Positions 59,363 to 64,000 of a stretch of 64,000 bases of DNA are shown in pieces. Every line of letters begins with the position of its first letter. Positions within the stretch are counted from its first letter, which is position 1. The translations under genes were made by a program, and so were the position numbers. The stretch is from Candidatus Levybacteria bacterium RIFCSPHIGHO2_01_FULL_36_15b (GTDB lineage: Bacteria; Patescibacteriota; Microgenomatia; Levybacterales; UBA12049). The stretch lies in contig MFNK01000012.1 of assembly GCA_001782045.1 (NCBI GenBank), positions 86,890 to 150,889 of the forward strand, given 5' to 3'. The notes below the pieces were generated by a model. It was not told where the DNA came from. It worked only from the letters and a program-made list of their open reading frames with translations, and ran no database searches.

Positions 59363-60916
59363 CTATGGCTTTGTATTAAATATAGAATGGAATTTAAAAA
59401 CATAGTCTCCCATTTTGTTGACGTATAATCCATTTGGAAATTTTTGATATAAAATATTTAATTGCTCTTCGTTGGGGTAGTGAAGCAAAACTATACTGTT
59501 TTTGTCTACTTTAGGAAGAATAGTGTCAAAATAGTTACTTTCTATAGGAAGTAAATTTTTTGTTCTGAACAAAAGCTCCTTGCCAAGGTGATAAGCGGGA
59601 TAAGACGATACAAATATTTTTGTGTTAAAATTTGCGTTACTTTTTATGTAGTTTTCAATGTAAACACTGTCCGTGAGTATACTAATATTTTTATCTTTAT
59701 TTATCATTCTTTCTGTAGAGCCCAAATTATATATGGCATAAATAATAAAAACCCCTAAAATTATGTGATTATGGTTTTTAACTTTAGGAATATATTGTAT
59801 TGCAGTAGCAATTATTATTGCGATAAAGGGAAACGAAATATAAATTCTATGAAATGCTCCCACAGGCACTGTTAGTACCATTCCCATAATAAAGCTGACA
59901 ATTAGTATAAAAATAGGATATAAGAAAAAAGTGTTCTTCAATGATTTTAATATTCCAATAAACGTACCAATTACGATTAGCAAAAATGTCATACTGTTAA
60001 AAAGAGCCTGATGTCCAAAATAATATTCGTTAACTCCGCCAATGTCATCTAAAAATAGTGAAAGAAAATTAAATTTAACTTGGTTTAATATGATTGAAAT
60101 AAAGCTTACCCCATTGCTAACTTGTTGTTGAACGTCACTGGAGTTAAAAATTGTTACTTGGTCAATTCTTTGTATAAAAAAATTATCAACTCTTATGGCA
60201 TGTAATATTAATGGAGAAAGTAAAATTAAAAAAATAGTAGTAGAAACAACAAATAGCTTGATAAATTTTAATGTCCTATTTCTAATCGACTCTAGTATTA
60301 TAAATAATAATAATAATGGGAATGCTATATATGAAGATGCATATGTCATGTAGCATAGAAAAAGAAAGATGCCACATAATATAGCGTATTTAATTTTTGA
60401 TCTTTTAATAATAAGCAGGAAATAATAATAAGAAGCTATGAAAAATGCAGTACTACTGATGAAGTGAAGTCCCAGACTAGATAAATATAAATTAGGAGCA
60501 AGGAAAATGTAAATTAATGGTAGCAAAACTTGCATTTTTCTTTCACTAAAATATTCCTTACCAATTAAATATAAATAAACTAAGCTTAATAATTGGTATG
60601 GCCAAGTTGAAATACGTATGCTTTCAATACTCGGTTTAAGAAATTCAATAAATAACTTTTGAATTGCAAAATATAGAACAGGAAACTGGGCAACCCAATC
60701 ACCTTTACCCGGTACAACCGAAAACCAGTCGATCTGATTAATTGGCGGTAACGAAAATGAAATAAAAGCTGTAATAAATTCATCTTCTTGATAATGAAAT
60801 TTATATGTAGAAAAAAAATACAAGAGAGAAAGATATAAAATAGATACAAAAAACAAAAAGAACTGTTCTTTATATTTAAAAATGTAATCTTTTATGCTTT
60901 TCAATCTCATCTGCAC
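59363..60916 (-). CDS. GT-C/PMT-like membrane glycosyltransferase
   Basis: TM1 followed by QEDE acidic loop, FPVLY, R.S; about 11 TMs and a soluble C-terminus. Confidence 0.7.
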   Translation of the reverse strand: MQMRLKSIKDYIFKYKEQFFLFFVSILYLSLLYFFSTYKFHYQEDEFITAFISFSLPPINQIDWFSVVPGKGDWVAQFPVLYFAIQKLFIEFLKPSIESIRISTWPYQLLSLVYLYLIGKEYFSERKMQVLLPLIYIFLAPNLYLSSLGLHFISSTAFFIASYYYFLLIIKRSKIKYAILCGIFLFLCYMTYASSYIAFPLLLLFIILESIRNRTLKFIKLFVVSTTIFLILLSPLILHAIRVDNFFIQRIDQVTIFNSSDVQQQVSNGVSFISIILNQVKFNFLSLFLDDIGGVNEYYFGHQALFNSMTFLLIVIGTFIGILKSLKNTFFLYPIFILIVSFIMGMVLTVPVGAFHRIYISFPFIAIIIATAIQYIPKVKNHNHIILGVFIIYAIYNLGSTERMINKDKNISILTDSVYIENYIKSNANFNTKIFVSSYPAYHLGKELLFRTKNLLPIESNYFDTILPKVDKNSIVLLHYPNEEQLNILYQKFPNGLYVNKMGDYVFKFHSIFNTKP

Positions 60917-62544
60917 GATTTCTTTATGTCATATATTGCATAGCTTTTATCATCACTACTGTATAGAAGTTTTAAGTTATTTTTAAATAAATCGTAGTTT
61001 ATTGGGAAATCATATTTATTTAGCACATTAGTTTCTAAAAAGTCTAATTTATAATTTCTAGACTCTGTGCAAAAATCATTTAAAATTTTCGAGTTAAGCA
61101 TCTCTTTTCTTATAATATCCCTTGAATTAGTATCATATCCCTGACTCCATGCAAAATAAGGCCACCCTAAAAATATTTTTCTTCCAGCAATGTTTGCTTT
61201 GTCCATAAAATAATCCGTATTCAAAAAAATAGAATTTTTTGGAGTGTTCTTTACTATCCATTCGATGTCTTTATCTTTTTTATAATCCGCCAAAGCAATT
61301 TTCCCATCGTTTAAAATTGGGAAAAAATCAATAATCCCGGAGAGCGTTAAAAAGAAAATTAAAACCATCACGAAGGGTTTTAAAATATTTCTTTTATTCC
61401 ATAAATACACCAAAAAATATGAAGAAAACATTACGCCAATTATCATAAAATAATTAAAAAATTTATGATTTGCTGAAATTTCCGGAGAGAACTGGATTAG
61501 GTTGCCTATAATAAACAAAACAAAAAAAGACAAAAATACTTTCCTTTGAAATTTTGTAGCAATTATTAAGGAGATTAAAATTAATATCGTGTGTAAACCC
61601 AAGTTTTGAAACCAATAACTTAGAAAGCTTTGGATATTCAATTTTTCAACAAGATATCCAAAATGTGTAGTTATGCTAAAAACAGACGGAACTTTATTAA
61701 TATAAAAATAAGAGGGAAGTGCAAAAATTAAAGCCGTTGAAAGTGTAATAAAAATATAAATTCTTTGTTTTTTTAAGAATAGAAAAAGGCAAAACAAAAT
61801 AACGATAGTCATTAAAAACACCGCCATATTAAGAAAAAAAGAAATTCCAAAAATTATGCCAATTAATACTGCTTTTAACAAGTTTTCCTTCCGTTTTCCA
61901 TCTTTTAAATTTAAAAATAAATAGATGATAAAAAGAGAAAGCCCATAAGATATTGCAAGATGTCTTTGATTTGTATAAATATTTAAATTCCAAAAAGCAG
62001 ATACTGTACTGGTGTGATCATAAGGGCCAAAAGAAGGAAATGTTTGATTTGTTAATACCTCATTAAAACTATTAATCGAGAGAGGGTGCTTTGAAAAAAA
62101 ATTTAAAAAACTCAAAGAGCCATTAAATAGAAATAATATTACACTCAAAATTCCAACTGCAGCAGATTTGAAAATTTTTTTTGCGAAAACATAAATCATG
62201 ATAATTAGAAAAGAAAATCCAAATATCGAAGGAACGTTTAAGGCAAAATCTATTCTTAGTCCCGCTTTCTCAAGAACCCCGGTTAGGGCATAAAAAAGAA
62301 AATGATATTTTATAGGAGCGTCGGAAAATAAAGGGTATTGTGGCGGAAAGTTATCTCCCAAGGAAAAGCTTCGTATAAGCGGAATATGACTTCCAAAATC
62401 ACTCCATGCTTTTCCGGCAATTAGCATATCGCTATCCTTATAGGAAAAAGTTGAAAACATTAGCCACGAGGAAAAAATCAAAGAAAATAGAATAATTAGA
62501 ATTCCAAATATGTATTTTTTTAAAAACTCTATCCATTTATTCAT
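60907..62544 (-). CDS. GT-C-like membrane glycosyltransferase
   Basis: WSDFGSH, YHFLF, TNQRH, NHKF, AGRKIFLGW. Confidence 0.7.
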   Translation of the reverse strand: MNKWIEFLKKYIFGILIILFSLIFSSWLMFSTFSYKDSDMLIAGKAWSDFGSHIPLIRSFSLGDNFPPQYPLFSDAPIKYHFLFYALTGVLEKAGLRIDFALNVPSIFGFSFLIIMIYVFAKKIFKSAAVGILSVILFLFNGSLSFLNFFSKHPLSINSFNEVLTNQTFPSFGPYDHTSTVSAFWNLNIYTNQRHLAISYGLSLFIIYLFLNLKDGKRKENLLKAVLIGIIFGISFFLNMAVFLMTIVILFCLFLFLKKQRIYIFITLSTALIFALPSYFYINKVPSVFSITTHFGYLVEKLNIQSFLSYWFQNLGLHTILILISLIIATKFQRKVFLSFFVLFIIGNLIQFSPEISANHKFFNYFMIIGVMFSSYFLVYLWNKRNILKPFVMVLIFFLTLSGIIDFFPILNDGKIALADYKKDKDIEWIVKNTPKNSIFLNTDYFMDKANIAGRKIFLGWPYFAWSQGYDTNSRDIIRKEMLNSKILNDFCTESRNYKLDFLETNVLNKYDFPINYDLFKNNLKLLYSSDDKSYAIYDIKKSCR

Positions 62545-63820
62545 CTTTTAAAACAATATCTGCAACTTTCTGTCCTAGCTCAACCGCATAATTTGTTCCT
62601 CTATCCCACGGATAAACCTGTTCTATATTTGCAAGATAAACACCATTTAGTGGAGTTTTAAAAGAGGGTAAAATCTTTGAATAGTTGGTAGGGATAATAG
62701 GTTGTGCAAATGGTGCTTTAAAAAGTTCCATTCCTATAATATTTTTTTTGTATTCGGGATTAATTTTTCTTAAATAATCATCAAATCTTGCAAGCATTTC
62801 TTCTTTAGAAAAAGAGAAGTATTCGCTAGTTTGTTCTTTATAATTCCCTAAATATAAAAGGTGTTCATTGTGATAGTTTTTTTTATCCATAAAATTTGTA
62901 TGCTCAACAATTGCCATAACAGGAGAACTTTTATCACAAACACTAAGCCAATAAGTCCCGTCTTTGAAGAAAACGTCTTTCATTCTAAGAACTAAATTAG
63001 TCGCGCCCAGTCCTTTAAGCTTGCCCAGACTATTTTTATATTCTTCCGGAAGTTCAGGAGCAATTTTAAGAAATAGAAAAGAAGGTGCAGTTACTATTAC
63101 GGCATCGTATTTTTCGGTTTGCAATTTTTCTCCAATTTTAAATTTTATTTGTGGTTGCCCGGTTGATGTAAGTTCTACAATTTCGGTATTGAAATAGAAA
63201 ATTCCTTCCTTTTGTTTTATTTTTTCAACAAGGTAGTTTGCAAAATTTAAAAATCCACCTTTAGGATATGCAAGTGAAGGAGTGCGTTTTTTGATTCTAG
63301 CCCAAAACCATGCAAGTGAAATATTGTCTATAAAATCTCCAAATTTGTTTACAAACAACGGCTCCCATATAAGAGAGTAAGATTTTTTTCCCATAAGCTT
63401 TGGTAAAATTTCCGACGCCTTGTATTTTTCAAGACTCTTCCAAAATGGATAGATCTTAAAGAATGCAATTACCGCACTCATTCTTAATCTTTCTAAAAAA
63501 GAAAGAAGTGGAAAATTTAAAACCAGCATTGGAGAATCAAGTTGAAAAATTTTTTCTTTAATATAGACTGAAGTTTTGGGTCGTTTAACAATAACCTCGT
63601 AATTAATTTCTTTAGCTAATTCTAAAATACTTCGGTCGTTTGTAAACCAATGGTGATAGTGTTTTTCCAATGACCAGTTCCAATCCTTTTCCTTATAGCC
63701 TATTGCAAGTCCTCCCGGATTTGAGTCCTTTTCGAAGACTGTAACCTTATGATTTCTTTTTACTAATTCGTAAGCTGCAGAAAGTCCCGTGAATCCAGCT
63801 CCTATTATTGCGATTTTCAT
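62537..63820 (-). CDS. FAD-dependent oxidoreductase (amine oxidase/HemY-like) of a glycosylation locus
   Basis: IIGAGFTGLSAA, PGGLA, YHHWF, AQP, YPWDRGTN. Confidence 0.85.
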   Translation of the reverse strand: MKIAIIGAGFTGLSAAYELVKRNHKVTVFEKDSNPGGLAIGYKEKDWNWSLEKHYHHWFTNDRSILELAKEINYEVIVKRPKTSVYIKEKIFQLDSPMLVLNFPLLSFLERLRMSAVIAFFKIYPFWKSLEKYKASEILPKLMGKKSYSLIWEPLFVNKFGDFIDNISLAWFWARIKKRTPSLAYPKGGFLNFANYLVEKIKQKEGIFYFNTEIVELTSTGQPQIKFKIGEKLQTEKYDAVIVTAPSFLFLKIAPELPEEYKNSLGKLKGLGATNLVLRMKDVFFKDGTYWLSVCDKSSPVMAIVEHTNFMDKKNYHNEHLLYLGNYKEQTSEYFSFSKEEMLARFDDYLRKINPEYKKNIIGMELFKAPFAQPIIPTNYSKILPSFKTPLNGVYLANIEQVYPWDRGTNYAVELGQKVADIVLKDE

Positions 63821-63825
63821 ATTAT

Positions 63826-63999
63826 CTAAATTGCTCCCCGGGTCAGAAGGAAGATCAAGCCTCCAAAAAGTGTGAACAGGAGTCCAATAATTGTTACTGT
63901 CATTATACTAGAACTTCCTGTAGGTGGAAGACTTGGTGTAGCTGTAATTATTAAAGAGTCAATTGGACTAACTGTTGGGGAGATAAAAACAGGAGTTTC
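63826..63999 (-). CDS. C-terminus of an LPxTG surface protein (partial)
   Basis: ...TATPSLPPTGSSSIMTVTIIGLLFTLFGGLIFLLTRGAI*: Pro/Thr stalk, LPPTG, TM, one Arg. Confidence 0.7.
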   Translation of the reverse strand, partial: ETPVFISPTVSPIDSLIITATPSLPPTGSSSIMTVTIIGLLFTLFGGLIFLLTRGAI

Positions 64000-64000
64000 T

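Overview
AT-rich chromosomal window that reads like a Patescibacteria/CPR genome, probably Microgenomates. This is inferred from the compact gene packing, short ValRS and TpiA, DUF4012/DUF2298 genes and many orphan ORFs. It spans the replication origin: dnaN-dnaA lies opposite rpmH-rnpA-yidD-yidC-jag, with DnaA boxes and DnaA-trios. A VirB4/T4SS-like locus abuts dnaN. Core genes follow (rnhA, nth, valS, rplY, ruvCAB, comM, purA, dnaG, rpoD), plus a strongly diverged IMPDH-like gene. An accessory zone (~32.7-45.9 kb) surrounds tRNA-Asn and holds small unrelated genes and a copper-efflux operon. The rest is redox/stress genes (RnfD-FNR fusion, msrA, Ni-SOD sodN-sodX), femABX, pcrA, tpiA and an LCP/GT-C surface-glycan cluster. 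Two sequence-level patterns stand out. First, about 30 genes have a -10 hexamer only 5-8 nt before the start codon, which points to pervasive leaderless mRNA. Second, unrelated genes in the accessory zone are bracketed by locally duplicated promoter heads or intergenic repeats, which looks like a cassette array although no integrase or attC is visible. All family calls come from motif recognition by eye; no searches were run.
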